Shown: positions 19,040-29,936, numbered from the stretch's first letter. The stretch is DNA of 64,000 bases from an uncultured Chloroflexia bacterium (GCA_963797095.1 CAWCNY010000002.1:224001-288000), one strand, 5' to 3'. Notes: a model not told the origin generated them from the letters alone. Numbers and translations are program-made.

Positions 19040-20173
19040 ATGGCCGACAGGGAAGATATGGACAAGCGCGCGGAAGTGCGCCTGACCACCCTGGCCCAAT
19101 GCGCCGGTTGAGCCGGCAAGATGGGTCCTGGTGACCTGGCGCAGGTGCTGCGCCCCCTCGTACAACATTCACACCCTGACCTGATCGTCGGCCTCGCGCC
19201 TGGCGATGACGGTGTCGTTTACGTCATAGACCGGAACGGCCCGAACCCGCGCGCCCTGGTCCAGACCCTCGACTTCTTCCCGCCCATCGTGGATGACCCC
19301 TACCTGTTCGGCGCGATTGCCGCCGCCAACGCCATGAGCGACGTGTATGCCATGGGCGGTGAGCCTGCCTTCGCACTCAATATCGTTGGCTTCCCGCAGG
19401 ATCTGGACAAGTCCATCCTCACCGATATTTTGAGGGGAGGCATGGACAAGGTGATTGAGGCAGGCGCTGTGATAGTGGGCGGCCACACCGTCAGCGACCC
19501 CGAACCCAAGTATGGCCTTACCGTTACCGGCTTTGTCGGCCTCAACCATATCATGCGCAAGGAAGGCGCGCATCCAGGCGACCGCCTGCTGCTTACCAAG
19601 CGCATAGGCACAGGCGTGATCACCACCGCCGCCAAGAACGAGCGCGTGCAGCAGCAGCACCTCGATGGCACGATCGCCTCTATGCTTCAACTCAACGGAC
19701 CTGCCTCCCGCGTGTTCCGGTGGGCGGGCGTGCGCGCTTGCACCGATGTAACAGGTTTCAGCCTCCTCGGCCATGCGTCCGAAATGGCACAATCAGGCGG
19801 CGTGCAGTTCCGAATTCACGCCTCTGCCGTACCTTTGCTTGATGGCGCGCTCGGCTACGTGAAAGATAAGCAGGTTCCCGGTGGCACAGGCCGCAACCGC
19901 ACCTACCTCCTTTCCAGCTATGACGCTGACGCGGGCGAGCATGAAGCCGCCCACCCCACCGGTTCGCAAACCTTCGTGCGCGTGCGCACCGGAGGCGATA
20001 TCCGCCCGGATTTGATGACGCTGCTGTTCGATCCGCAGACCTCGGGCGGATTGCTCGCAGCCGTTCCGCCCGACCGGGCAGAGGATGTGCGTGTTGCCCT
20101 GGAAGAACAGGGGGTTGGCTGCTGGGAGATCGGAGAAGTGGAAGCCGGTTTAGGCGTCGTAGTGGTTCTGTAA
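19040..20173 (+). CDS. selD: Selenide, water dikinase (selenoprotein; UGA=Sec at 19109-19111)
   Basis: RLTTLAQCAG-U-AGK is in frame with the 19121 ORF; DFFPPIVDDP, NAMSDVYAMGG, GGHT, TDVTGFSLLGH, DPQTSGGLL; RBS AAGGTGG. Confidence 0.93.
19131..19148 (+). promoter_or_regulatory. Candidate bacterial SECIS hairpin
   Basis: ACCTG-GCG-CAGGT stem with a G-containing loop, about 27 nt after the UGA. Confidence 0.5.
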
Positions 20174-20181
20174 CATTATTT

Positions 20182-21293
20182 GTGGCAAAATTGCCATATT
20201 TGGTTCTTGATCCTGATCCATTGTTCGTGGAAGCGAAGCCACTGTGCGTATGGGCTTTACGGGGAAGTGGGCGCGGAACATGGGTAGTGTTCGGTGGCAC
20301 ACTGGTCGGGGCTTGTCTGCTGTGGGCGGTGCCGCTGCTGGCGCTCTCAGGCGGCATCTTTGCGTATTTGCGTGAGAATTCCTCCTGGCGAGCGCTGTAA
20401 TGGCATGCACTTCGGTGTTCGAAGTGGGCTTGCCTGGGCTGATGCACAATGTCATCTTCGCGATTCTGGGTCTCGTGACGGGCCTGGGGTTGGGGTTTGT
20501 GCCGCTTGGATTGTGGGCGCTGAGGCTGGTACATTTCAGCCTGGCCGGCCTTGTGCGCGCATTCCTCGCGCTGTGGACCGCTCCCGCGCTGCTCTTTTAT
20601 GCCGTCAGCCACGTTGGGCAATATGGGTATTTTCTGGTGGTGCTGCCGCCGCTTGCCATCCTTGCTGCCGTGGCTGCGTGGGTGCTGGGGCTGCATATGG
20701 CGGCATGGCATTCAAACCTTGATTTGCGCGTGCGTGGAGCAAACATGGGGATGGTTGCCTGCATAGCGGTCGCCCTTTTCTCATTGGCCTATTTTGCGGT
20801 CGCGCAAGGGCCTGTAACCGCTTCGTCTATTGAGCAAAACGATACCCACTGGCGAGCTTTGCAAATCGGTTTGCGCAAGTTCGATCCTGTATCCACCGTG
20901 CTGGTGACCGACATCACCCGGGATAGTCCATTTCGGGAGGCCGGGTATTTGCTCCCGCAATGTCGCTTGTATGGGATCGACGTGAATGAGGATGGGGCGC
21001 TCAAATGGCTCTACTCAGCTAATGGCGGAGAGTCTGATTATTCCCTCCCGATGCCCGCAGGCCGCGATCTGGTCGATCTCCCGGCAAGCACTACGACTGT
21101 CATAGCCCTCGATGCGCTTACGGCAGAGCGGCCTGGCACCGGTGGCTTATTGGATTGCGTGCGACTGGCTGACGGCTCGACCATGTATGTGTTGAGGGAA
21201 GGCCACCCGCTTTCGTCGCCTTCGCTTGAATGTGGAAAGATCACCCCTATCGAGAGAACTTCGGCCAGACCCATTCGTCCCATCTCAAGCTAG
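20182..21293 (+). pseudogene. Fragmented membrane protein (GT-C-like C-terminal remnant)
   Basis: Two hydrophobic ORFs in different frames (20182-20400, 20400-21293); no intact N-terminus visible. Confidence 0.45.
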
Positions 21294-21531
21294 ACATAAC
21301 ATCCTATTGACTCGGCGCATCCTATGGCGCTATTATTCGTTATGTATAGTAGCAGGCGTGATGCCTGTGATGAATCTGTGCCTTGCCCTTACCCGAATTG
21401 TGCATTTCCTGATATCCACACCCACAATAAGCGAAACTATTGGCAGCAATATAACGCTATAACGCACCGGCGAGAAGTTATAAGCACCACGCGAAAACGA
21501 CCGGTCCGCCCTATCCCGGAGGTCACTCGAA

Positions 21532-22716
21532 ATGAAATTCAACACGGCCAATAAGCCCTTTGCTCAACACCTGGGCCGCTGGCTTGCTATCCTGGCTGTC
21601 TCTATCAGCCTGTTGGCCGGTACTCTCGGCATTGCCCACGCCGACACTCGCTATACAGTCCAACCGGGCGACACCCTTTCGGGAATTGCCCTGCGCTACG
21701 GTGTTACGGTTGATGCTATCGTAGTAGCCAACAACCTCCCCAGCCGCTCAGTAATTTATGCGGGCCAATCTCTCATAATCCCTTCGGCAGGTGCGTCGCA
21801 GTCGCAAGGGACCACACAGACCACAGGCGGTAAATACACGGTCCAGTCGGGCGATAGCCTCACTTCCGTGGCGGCCAGGTTCGGAATTACCAGGCAAACC
21901 CTTGCCGCCGCCAACGGCATTTCCGCATCCAGCTATCTGTATGTAGGTCAGGTGCTGACTATTCCGGGCGCTGCGCAAACGCAACCCGATCCGCCCAAGA
22001 CACAGCCCACCAATACGCCGCAACCCCCGCCCACAGCTACATCTATACCGCCGACAGCCGTGCCGACCACCACCGCTGAGCCGGTGCAGGCCCCCTCCGA
22101 TGCCGACAAAGGCAAGCCGGTCAAGTACACTGTTCAGTCCGGCGACACCCTCAGCAAGATCGCCGTGCAGTTCCATACCACAGTCAATAACCTCCAGAGC
22201 CTGAACAACCTGGGCAATACGAACTACATCTACGTGGGCCAAGTGCTCATTATCGTGGCGGGCAACGACCAGGATACCGGGCCGGCTGGTACCGCCACCG
22301 CAGCGCCTACGGCCAGGCCGGAACCGACCCCACCTATGGGTAAGTACGGCCCCAAGTGGGTTGATGTCGATCTCTCCGACCAGACCATGACCGCCTACGA
22401 AGGCGATACGCCTGTGTACACATCTCGCGTTAGCTCAGGCACCTACGATCATCCCACAGTCGTAGGCACATACAGGGTATATGCCAAGTATGTCACGGCC
22501 AAAATGGAAGGCGGGCAGGGCACTTCGGAATATTACTATATCCCCGACGTTCCCTATACAATGTACTTCTACGGCGGGTATGCTCTGCATGGCGCATACT
22601 GGCACAATAACTTCGGCCACCCTATGAGCCACGGTTGCGTGAACCTGCCGGTGGATGTAGCCAAGTGGATGTTTGACTGGGCACCAATCGGCACTATGGT
22701 TGTTACCCACGAATAA
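21532..22716 (+). CDS. 3x LysM + L,D-transpeptidase (YkuD domain)
   Basis: Signal peptide; three YTVQxGD LysM repeats; HGAYW..SHGCVN. Confidence 0.93.
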   Translation: MKFNTANKPFAQHLGRWLAILAVSISLLAGTLGIAHADTRYTVQPGDTLSGIALRYGVTVDAIVVANNLPSRSVIYAGQSLIIPSAGASQSQGTTQTTGGKYTVQSGDSLTSVAARFGITRQTLAAANGISASSYLYVGQVLTIPGAAQTQPDPPKTQPTNTPQPPPTATSIPPTAVPTTTAEPVQAPSDADKGKPVKYTVQSGDTLSKIAVQFHTTVNNLQSLNNLGNTNYIYVGQVLIIVAGNDQDTGPAGTATAAPTARPEPTPPMGKYGPKWVDVDLSDQTMTAYEGDTPVYTSRVSSGTYDHPTVVGTYRVYAKYVTAKMEGGQGTSEYYYIPDVPYTMYFYGGYALHGAYWHNNFGHPMSHGCVNLPVDVAKWMFDWAPIGTMVVTHE

Positions 22717-22726
22717 GAGTATATTT

Positions 22727-22771
22727 GAGCAAAGAAGATCGAGCGCCTCAGGCGCTCGATCTTCTTTGCTC
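22727..22771. terminator. Bidirectional terminator
   Basis: GAGCAAAGAAGATCGAGCGCCT-C-AGGCGCTCGATCTTCTTTGCTC between convergent genes. Confidence 0.85.
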
Positions 22772-22793
22772 GGAACTACCCAGCCTACCCGGC

Positions 22794-24812
22794 TTACTTG
22801 GGCATATTCTGCAGGGCGGTAAAGGCGGGCCTCGGTGAGAAGTCCGGGTTCAGCACCGACCAGGGCACCTTTTCATCGTTAGATGACAATCCCAGTGTAG
22901 AGAAGTTGAGGTTCCACACCAGCATCACGCCCATCCACGGGTAGTCGTTCTTACCTTTCTCGAAGGCGCGTACCAGGTACTGCGCCTGCAACTCAGGGCT
23001 GATCAACTGTCCGTATTCGTAGCCCGGAGCCACGTTGTAGGTGCTCCAGCCGAACTCGGTGAGCCACATCTGCTTGTTGCCTTCGCCGTTGGCCTGCATC
23101 ACAGCATATTGCTGCTCGATACGCCGGAAGTAGAAGCTGGCTTTGTTCCTCCAGCAAGTACCTTCCTGGCTGGCGTAGATAGGCGGGCAATGGCCGCTAC
23201 CTGGGTTGTCGGGCCATAGCTCATCGGGCGAGTTGCTGTTCGAGCCGGGGTGCGATCCCATCACGTCGTAGTAGTTCTTCACCACGCCGCCTGCATAGTC
23301 ATACACGTCCTGGAGATACTTTACATCGTCTACCGCCAGGTTCGGGTCGTTCACCTCGGTGGGAGTTGGCGCGCCGAAGATCACCACCGCATCAGGGTCG
23401 GCGAACTTGACGCCGCTGTACCCATACTTCAGCAGCTCTACGTATTGCCCGGCGTTCACCGGCCCTCCACTCTCACCTTGCAGGTTAGTTTCGTTCCAAA
23501 TCTCGTAGGCTGCCACCTTGCCTTTGTAGTGCTGGGCCATCATGTACATGAAGTTGCCCAGGTCGAGCGGATTATCAGGCATACCTCCGTTCGTGTTGGG
23601 TGAAGCCCACTTGGGAGATTTGGCAATCGACAGGATCAGTTTCACGCCGTTTCTGTTGGCGGCTTCAACCACGTTGTCAAGCTCGCCCCAGGCGAAGTAA
23701 AGGTTCTGACCTTGCTCGTCGGTCCATGCCACCTGCTGCCGGGCGTATGTGAAGCCTGCCTCCTTCACTTTCTGAAGGACCTTGTCTTTGTCGGTGTAGA
23801 AAAGCTGCACGTTGAAGCCGTAGCCGGGGTGTGGGCCTGTGAGGGGGAATGCCTCGCTGGTGGTGCTAACCCTGCCTGGGCTGAGGTATCGCCAGTCTCG
23901 ATAGTGCGCGCCTATATTGCCCATCTCCACCAGGAAGCCTTCCGGGTTGGAGGGGGTGTAGGTCAATACTCTGCGCTCGTAAGCCTGCACAAGGGTTACG
24001 GCAGGCTTGCCCGCGATCAAGATGGTGGCCCAGTATGCGTCGGAGATAGGCCGCCCGGTGGCATAGAACCAGGGATCGGTTAGCGCCTCTGTGACCGTCT
24101 CCCCGTTCTCGACTACAGGCCCCTGCTGGTTCAGGAAGTCCCACATTGCCTTAGGTACGTTGTGATGGGTCACATCGTCGTAGTAGACATAATCTACATC
24201 CGCCACGGTTGCCTTGCTGGGGTCATCCCCGACCGTGCCGTCTTTTGCGATGGTGGCTGTGGCCTTCTGCCCTGTCTTGTCGGGGTCAGGGTGATCGGTG
24301 CCCGCATTGGCGTGCTGTGCAAACGAAGCGTATGTAGGCGCGTTGGGGTCGTTCGTATCGCCCGCGATCGGTATGTTGGCGGGCTTGCGCGTCTCGAACG
24401 TAGCGTTGCCGGTCTGCATCTGGCCCGAAATAAGCTCGACGGTAAGCAGGCCGTTGGTGATATAGAAGGGGTTGCGCTTATCGCCGTTGGGATCGTTGAT
24501 CTCCATGCGGCTCTTGTCCCAGTACTGCACCAGGCGAGTGCCTGTGCCCTGCGGGTCGTCAACGTACGATTCGCGAGTGGTCCAGAAAGGGGCGGGTCCC
24601 CAGAACCACGAGCGGCTAACGTCACCGGAGGCCACCAGCGAGTCGGTGCGGTCCCACAGCGCCTGGAAGGCCGACGTGTCGGGTGGCTTATCGGGAAACT
24701 GTCCAATAGGAGCTGCCACCGCGCCGGTCGAGCCTATGCCGCCCATCGATGGCAGCATGGTCACCAGGATAGCTGCTGTACCTCCAATCTTGAGAAACCT
24801 CTGTCTGTTCAA
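22794..24812 (-). CDS. Secreted clan GH-A glycoside hydrolase with Chloroflexota-type N-terminal domain
   Basis: EIWNE (acid/base) and WLTEFGW (nucleophile); RQRFLK Tat-like signal; TTG start with GGAGG RBS. Confidence 0.8.
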   Translation of the reverse strand: MNRQRFLKIGGTAAILVTMLPSMGGIGSTGAVAAPIGQFPDKPPDTSAFQALWDRTDSLVASGDVSRSWFWGPAPFWTTRESYVDDPQGTGTRLVQYWDKSRMEINDPNGDKRNPFYITNGLLTVELISGQMQTGNATFETRKPANIPIAGDTNDPNAPTYASFAQHANAGTDHPDPDKTGQKATATIAKDGTVGDDPSKATVADVDYVYYDDVTHHNVPKAMWDFLNQQGPVVENGETVTEALTDPWFYATGRPISDAYWATILIAGKPAVTLVQAYERRVLTYTPSNPEGFLVEMGNIGAHYRDWRYLSPGRVSTTSEAFPLTGPHPGYGFNVQLFYTDKDKVLQKVKEAGFTYARQQVAWTDEQGQNLYFAWGELDNVVEAANRNGVKLILSIAKSPKWASPNTNGGMPDNPLDLGNFMYMMAQHYKGKVAAYEIWNETNLQGESGGPVNAGQYVELLKYGYSGVKFADPDAVVIFGAPTPTEVNDPNLAVDDVKYLQDVYDYAGGVVKNYYDVMGSHPGSNSNSPDELWPDNPGSGHCPPIYASQEGTCWRNKASFYFRRIEQQYAVMQANGEGNKQMWLTEFGWSTYNVAPGYEYGQLISPELQAQYLVRAFEKGKNDYPWMGVMLVWNLNFSTLGLSSNDEKVPWSVLNPDFSPRPAFTALQNMPK

Positions 24813-25003
24813 GATAATAACCTCCTGTGCTCTTCGCTCTTCCGCTAAATCACGAAATGCAAACTAATCAGATGCCGCGAGGCAGCATTCCGACACTGCG
24901 CTATATTCAGGCGCATCTCCCTATTATAACGTGCTGTGCAGTAGAGGGTTCTACGCTTATTTCCGTAATTGTCATTATACAGTGGAAAATGATACGTGAG
25001 GTC

Positions 25004-25173
25004 GAGTGACGAGTGACGAGTGGCGAGTAGCGAGTGGCGAGTAGCGAGTAGCGAGTGACGGATAGCGAGTAGCGAGTTAGGTGGATCATAAAGAAACGTG
25101 AGAAGGCAGTATGTGGGCCAGCACTTCTCACGCTTCATGTTTCACTCGCCACTCGTCACTCGTCACTCGTCAC
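25004..25173. repeat. Inverted pair of degenerate heptamer arrays (GAGTGAC/GAGTAGC and GTCACTC)
   Basis: About 11 units at 25004-25080 facing about 4 complementary units at 25141-25173. Confidence 0.85.
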
Positions 25174-26210
25174 GGAAACAGCGCCACCTTGGCTGCCTTG
25201 CCATCGTTCATCAGTTGGAAGGCTTCCTCGAACTCCTCCAGCTTGAATCTGTGCGTGATCACGGGGGTGGGGTCTACCATGCCGCTGGTTATGAGGGCCT
25301 GCGTCTGGTACCACGTTTCCCAGATCAGGCGGCCTGAAATGCCGTAGATAGTTGCCCCTTTGAAAACCACATCATTTGCGAGGTCAAGCTCGATGGGCCT
25401 GGGTGGTATGCCGAGCATCGATACGCGCCCGCCGTTTCGGAGGGCCGCGAAGCCCTGCTTGATCGCCCGCCAGTTGCCCGACATCTCGCACAGCACGTCC
25501 ACGCCTATGCCGTTGGTCTCTTTCAGGAGCATTTCGACGGGGTCCACCTCGGCGCTGTTGATGGCGAGCGTCGCGCCCATCTCCTCGGCTATCTTGAGGC
25601 GCAAGGGGTTGATGTCGGTTGCGTACACGGCCTTTGCGCCTGCGGCCTTCGCGATGCCCACAGCCCACAGTCCTATCGGCCCGCACCCGGTCACAAGCAC
25701 CGTCTTGGCGGTGACGGGCGCGCTCAGCACGGTATAGACGGCGTTCCCGAACGGCTCCTGTATAGACGCGATCTCAGGGGCCATGTCGGGCGGGTTTTTC
25801 CAGGCTACCTTGGAGGGCACCGCCACGTACTCCGCGTAGCTTCCTGGTCTATCAATGCCCAGTATCTTGATCAAAGGGTCGACATTTGCCTGGCAAATCC
25901 TTGTCTGGAAGGATACATTGCTGGTGATATGTGTTTCCAGTGACACGAAATCCCCGGTCTGCACATCGTGCACGTTCTTACCCACCTCGACTACATCACC
26001 GGAACATTCGTGCCCGAATACCAGCGGTGTCTTGATGCGTGATTGCGCCCAGGGGTCCCAGTTGTAAATATGAAGATCCGTACCGCATATCGAAGCCGCC
26101 CGTATCTTGATCAATACATCATCGGGGCCAATCTGAGGTATGGGAGCATCGATCAATTCCGCGCCCGCTTCAGGTCGTGTCTTGCACAGGGCGCGCATAG
26201 TTTCAGGCAT
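25170..26210 (-). CDS. tdh: L-threonine 3-dehydrogenase
   Basis: ICGTDLHIYNWD, GHE, EPFGNAV, GCGPIG, GRLIWETW; start chosen from the GAGGAG RBS. Confidence 0.88.
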   Translation of the reverse strand: MPETMRALCKTRPEAGAELIDAPIPQIGPDDVLIKIRAASICGTDLHIYNWDPWAQSRIKTPLVFGHECSGDVVEVGKNVHDVQTGDFVSLETHITSNVSFQTRICQANVDPLIKILGIDRPGSYAEYVAVPSKVAWKNPPDMAPEIASIQEPFGNAVYTVLSAPVTAKTVLVTGCGPIGLWAVGIAKAAGAKAVYATDINPLRLKIAEEMGATLAINSAEVDPVEMLLKETNGIGVDVLCEMSGNWRAIKQGFAALRNGGRVSMLGIPPRPIELDLANDVVFKGATIYGISGRLIWETWYQTQALITSGMVDPTPVITHRFKLEEFEEAFQLMNDGKAAKVALFP

Positions 26211-26340
26211 ATCTAATACTCTCCTCATTGAGTCGGCCTACGCCGCTGTAGACCTTGGATCAAAGTCACGAATTCTGCCAATCGTAGTATATCACCCGCA
26301 CAAACCCCATGCAACACAGCGCGAATCAACACTTACATCC

Positions 26341-26393
26341 TTGACATTTGCGGATCCTTGATCTATTCTGGGATTACTGACCGGCTGGTCAGT
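26341..26393 (+). promoter_or_regulatory. Promoter and TetR operator
   Basis: TTGACA-N17-TATTCT followed by the palindrome ACTGACC-N4-GGTCAGT (26376-26393). Confidence 0.75.
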
Positions 26394-26416
26394 CAGTAAT
26401 GGATCAGGAGCCATGA

Positions 26417-27016
26417 ATGGCGACTCGCCCTGACTTGAGCGAAGTACGAAGAGATCAGATCCTGGATGCCGCCCTCGTCGTGTTTGCCCGATTGGGCTTC
26501 CATACTGCCCGCATGGATGATATTGCCCAGGAGGCGCGCCTGAGCAAAGGGGCGCTCTACTGGTACTTCAAGAGCAAGGACGATATTATCGCCGCTCTGC
26601 TGGATCGCATCTTCCGGCGAGATTTCCAGGGCCTCCAGGACCTCTTGTCCACCGATATCTCAGTCTCAGAGAAGCTTGTGGGTTACACCCGCCAGATGGC
26701 TTCCGAACTGGCAGATATGACTCTTTTCGCGCCTATTGCCTTCGAATTCTACGGAATTGCCGGGCGCAACGATGAAGTAAGGTCGGTGCTCAACCAATAT
26801 CTGCTCAGTTTCCAGGAAGCCTTTAGCTTATTGGTCCGGCAGGGCATCGACAGTGGTGAGTTTCGGGATGTGGACCCGCAGGCTACCGCCACCACCATTT
26901 CGGCCTTGCATGAAGGGCTAGTTCTATTGTGGTTCGTCAATCCCGCTGCCGTGCCTGTGGTCGAGCGTGCTGAATCCTCGATGCGGCTGCTGTTGGATGG
27001 TTTGCGGAAAAAGTAG
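26417..27016 (+). CDS. TetR/AcrR family regulator
   Basis: ILDAA..F..GF..DIA..LSKGALYWYFKSK. Confidence 0.95.
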   Translation: MATRPDLSEVRRDQILDAALVVFARLGFHTARMDDIAQEARLSKGALYWYFKSKDDIIAALLDRIFRRDFQGLQDLLSTDISVSEKLVGYTRQMASELADMTLFAPIAFEFYGIAGRNDEVRSVLNQYLLSFQEAFSLLVRQGIDSGEFRDVDPQATATTISALHEGLVLLWFVNPAAVPVVERAESSMRLLLDGLRKK

Positions 27017-27058
27017 GAACGTGCTACCTGACTTTGTCATGGGAAGGAGAAAACCTGT

Positions 27059-28228
27059 ATGAAAGTGCTTATTTCGGGAGGTGGGATCGCAGGTCTAACA
27101 CTCGCCCTCTGTTTGCACAGGAACGGCCACATGCCTCTCATCGTCGAGAAGTCTCCTCGATTGCGCAGCGAGGGCTACATGATCGATTTCTTCGGGCCGG
27201 GCTACGATACCGCAGAAAAGCTGGGTTTGCTGCCGCAACTGGAGGAAATTCACTACCCGATTGCTTATCTCAGTTTTGTTGCTCCGGACGGCAAAGAGCG
27301 TTATGCTCTCCGCTACACAGACTTACGCAAACTCCTCAATAATCACCACTTCAATTTCATGCGCGGCGACCTTGAAAAGCTCTTATATGAGCAGATCGTT
27401 GGCGATATAGAGGTGCGATTCGGCACGAAGATTAGCTCGTTTGAGCAGGATGATAAGCAAGTACATATTACGCTTTCGGATGGCACCGCCGAGTCATTTG
27501 ACCTGCTGGTAGGTGCCGATGGTATTCATTCCTGGGTGCGCTCGAAGGCATTTGACCCTGAAAGCCGCTTCCTCCGCTATCTGGGATACAATACCGGGGC
27601 CTTTGTTATCGATGAACCGCTCCATATTACTGTTCGCCGAGATGCATTTCAGACTTTGACCGAACCTCGCCGCCAGATGGCCGTATATCCGATACGAGGT
27701 GACAGAGTAGCTACTTTCTTCGTTTACAAAGCGGGTCGCGAGCCACTTCCCTCGTACAGCACCGAGGCAGCGCGCGCCGAGTTGCAGCGAGTATTCGGCG
27801 ATCTGGGTTGGGCAGTGCCCCAACTGCTCCAGTACAGCCGCCATGTCGATGATATCTACTTCGATAGTGTGAGTCAGGTTGAGATGCCTGCCTGGAGCGC
27901 GGGCCGGGTGGTGCTGGTGGGAGATGCTTGCCAGTGCCCTTCACTACTCGCCGGGCAGGGCGCTTCAATGGCAATGACCGGCGCCTATGTGCTGGCCGAG
28001 GAGCTATCCATGGCGGGTAGCACAGTTGCATCCGCGCTCGCACGCTACGAGCAGCAAGTCAAGCCCGACATATTGAAGCGGCAGGCATCTGGCCGCAAAA
28101 TTGCGGGTTGGTTTGTGCCAGACAGTCGCTTGCAACTGGTGCTTCGCGACCTTTTCACGCGCTTCTCCACGTGGCCTGTGGTGAGCACGTTCGTCAGTCG
28201 AACGCTCAATGCGGGCAGCAAGGTTTGA
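27059..28228 (+). CDS. FAD-dependent monooxygenase
   Basis: GGGIAG, GADG, GDA..GQG motifs. Confidence 0.9.
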   Translation: MKVLISGGGIAGLTLALCLHRNGHMPLIVEKSPRLRSEGYMIDFFGPGYDTAEKLGLLPQLEEIHYPIAYLSFVAPDGKERYALRYTDLRKLLNNHHFNFMRGDLEKLLYEQIVGDIEVRFGTKISSFEQDDKQVHITLSDGTAESFDLLVGADGIHSWVRSKAFDPESRFLRYLGYNTGAFVIDEPLHITVRRDAFQTLTEPRRQMAVYPIRGDRVATFFVYKAGREPLPSYSTEAARAELQRVFGDLGWAVPQLLQYSRHVDDIYFDSVSQVEMPAWSAGRVVLVGDACQCPSLLAGQGASMAMTGAYVLAEELSMAGSTVASALARYEQQVKPDILKRQASGRKIAGWFVPDSRLQLVLRDLFTRFSTWPVVSTFVSRTLNAGSKV

Positions 28229-28237
28229 GAGATCGTG

Positions 28238-28564
28238 CTAAATCGTGATCTCGTTCGTCTTAGCCGCCATAATAAAATCGTTCTCCGACAGCCCTTTGAT
28301 CGCGTGAGTTGTCAGATCAAGGCGCACGCGATTCCACGATATATAAATGTCAGGATGGTGGCCCTCCTGCTCGGCCAGGTCGGCTACACGATTCACAAAC
28401 ACCATCGCGTCCCTGAAGTTCCTGAACTTGAACTTGCGCGTTAGCTTGTTCTCGCCCAGTTCCCACCCCGCCACCTGCTCCATGAGCGCTTCGGCTTCCT
28501 CACTGCTCATCGGCAGTGTCCCGGCCTCGCAGGCTCTGCAATACTTTTGTGTTAGGTTATTCAT
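28238..28564 (-). CDS. Pterin-4-alpha-carbinolamine dehydratase
   Basis: EGHHPD, TTHAIKGLSENDFIMAAK; start chosen from the AAGGAG RBS. Confidence 0.92.
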   Translation of the reverse strand: MNNLTQKYCRACEAGTLPMSSEEAEALMEQVAGWELGENKLTRKFKFRNFRDAMVFVNRVADLAEQEGHHPDIYISWNRVRLDLTTHAIKGLSENDFIMAAKTNEITI

Positions 28565-28626
28565 AACGGGGTCTCCTTCTGCTAATGCGATAGTCGGAAC
28601 CAGGAACCAGAAACTCGCACTCCGCA

Positions 28627-29498
28627 CTACTTCTCGCTGCCCACCCATAGCTTTCCGTCGTCAACAATTATCTCTACAGTTCCATCCATATCCGTCCTGC
28701 AGACCTTGATCCCGGCTCCTTCCAGCCTCTCCAGTAGTTCAACTGACGGGTCGCTGCTCCTGTTTCCTATACCTACCGAAATGACCGCCACCTCCGGTCC
28801 TACAGCCCCAAGGAAGCCGGCCGATAGGGCGGTATCGCTCCCGTGATCCGGCACGATCAGCACATCGCTCGCCAGTTCGCTTTCCCCGCCGTACCCAGCA
28901 ACCTTGCCTCATCTGTTTTGCCCAGGCTCTCGGCCAGCAAGATGCTGATACCGTCATATTCTACTTTCATTACAATGGGAGTATGCTCGCTTTTGTCGCC
29001 TTCGGGTGGGTAGAGCACTCTCAGGACTACGTCCGGCTCGCCGTCGAAGCTTACGGTATCGCCGCGTTGCGCGAAGTGCACACTCGCGCCCGACTGCCCG
29101 ACCGCTTCTTTCCATGCACCCTGCACGCTCGTGGTCGTCTCGAACTGGGTTTGTAACACCTGGCTCACCCTCCGTCTACCCAGCAAGTCGACCAGGCCCG
29201 TCACATCCTCCGCTTTTGCGTTGGTCAGCGCTACCATATCCAAGTTGCTCTGCCAGAACGGCAAGTGCCGCCCCACCCCTTCGTTGAGTAGGGTGGCCTC
29301 CGGCCCGCCGTCTATCAAAGTCGTATGTCCACGCGAAGTACGCACGAGCAAAGCGTTGCCCTGCCCCACATCGAGCGCCCACAAGTGCAGTCTCCCATCC
29401 GGCTTCTGTGTCGCCACTACAACCAGCACGATCAGAGCCACCACAGGCACAATAAGTGTCCATATAGGCACCTTCCTGGCTTCGACCATCTCCTTCAT
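28627..29498 (-). pseudogene. ComEC/Rec2-like metallo-beta-lactamase domain, frameshifted and with a degenerate metal site
   Basis: LDVGQG, DHGS, ISVG, RTDMDG; frameshift at the GGGGAAA run (~28881-28887); HxHxDH replaced by NAKAED. Confidence 0.7.
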
Positions 29499-29675
29499 CG
29501 GCGTGACTATACCACATTGAGCTTGGGTATTGTTATGATAGCGCATTAGCCCCTTTGCAGAATGGGGCTTTGTGGCAGGATGCACGCGAATCTTCTAGCG
29601 CCCACACCCGAACCCGCGACATCATCCCCTCGCCCTACCGTGTCTACAAGCAGCACCTTCTTTTGCGTCATCCAT

Positions 29676-29895
29676 TTGAGATCCACTCATAAATCGGCTC
29701 GGTGCGTGGTGGGAGCATCCAGAAGGTCGAGTGGGCGCGTTACACTGCCCAAGACCACCTGCCGGCAAACTTGAACACGCACAGCATGAGGGTTGGCATG
29801 GTGGGCCATTGCTGCCGTCGGCACCTCAACTGACCACTTGGAAGATGCGTCGCACGCGTGATTCGTGCCTGTGGGCAGTTATGAGTGGATCTCAG
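29676..29895 (+). mobile_element. ~220-bp MITE-like element, copy 1
   Basis: TIR TGAGATCCACTCATAA/TTATGAGTGGATCTCA; flanking direct repeat TCATCCAT; reverse-complement copy at 37257-37477. Confidence 0.9.
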
Positions 29896-29906
29896 TCATC
29901 CATAGC

Positions 29907-29936
29907 TTGACTACTGAACACCCGTGATGCTATATT
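29907..29936 (+). promoter_or_regulatory. Promoter of Cys-rich/Kelch module 1
   Basis: TTGACT-N18-TATATT with TGn extension; same boxes conserved in module 2. Confidence 0.7.

Noticed and set aside
21300-21531. c-di-AMP (ydaO) riboswitch upstream of the LysM L,D-transpeptidase
   Set aside because: Conserved GCTGAATCC / GGGGAxCC / CCCGTCAGCTAAC elements were not seen; an Infernal search would settle it.
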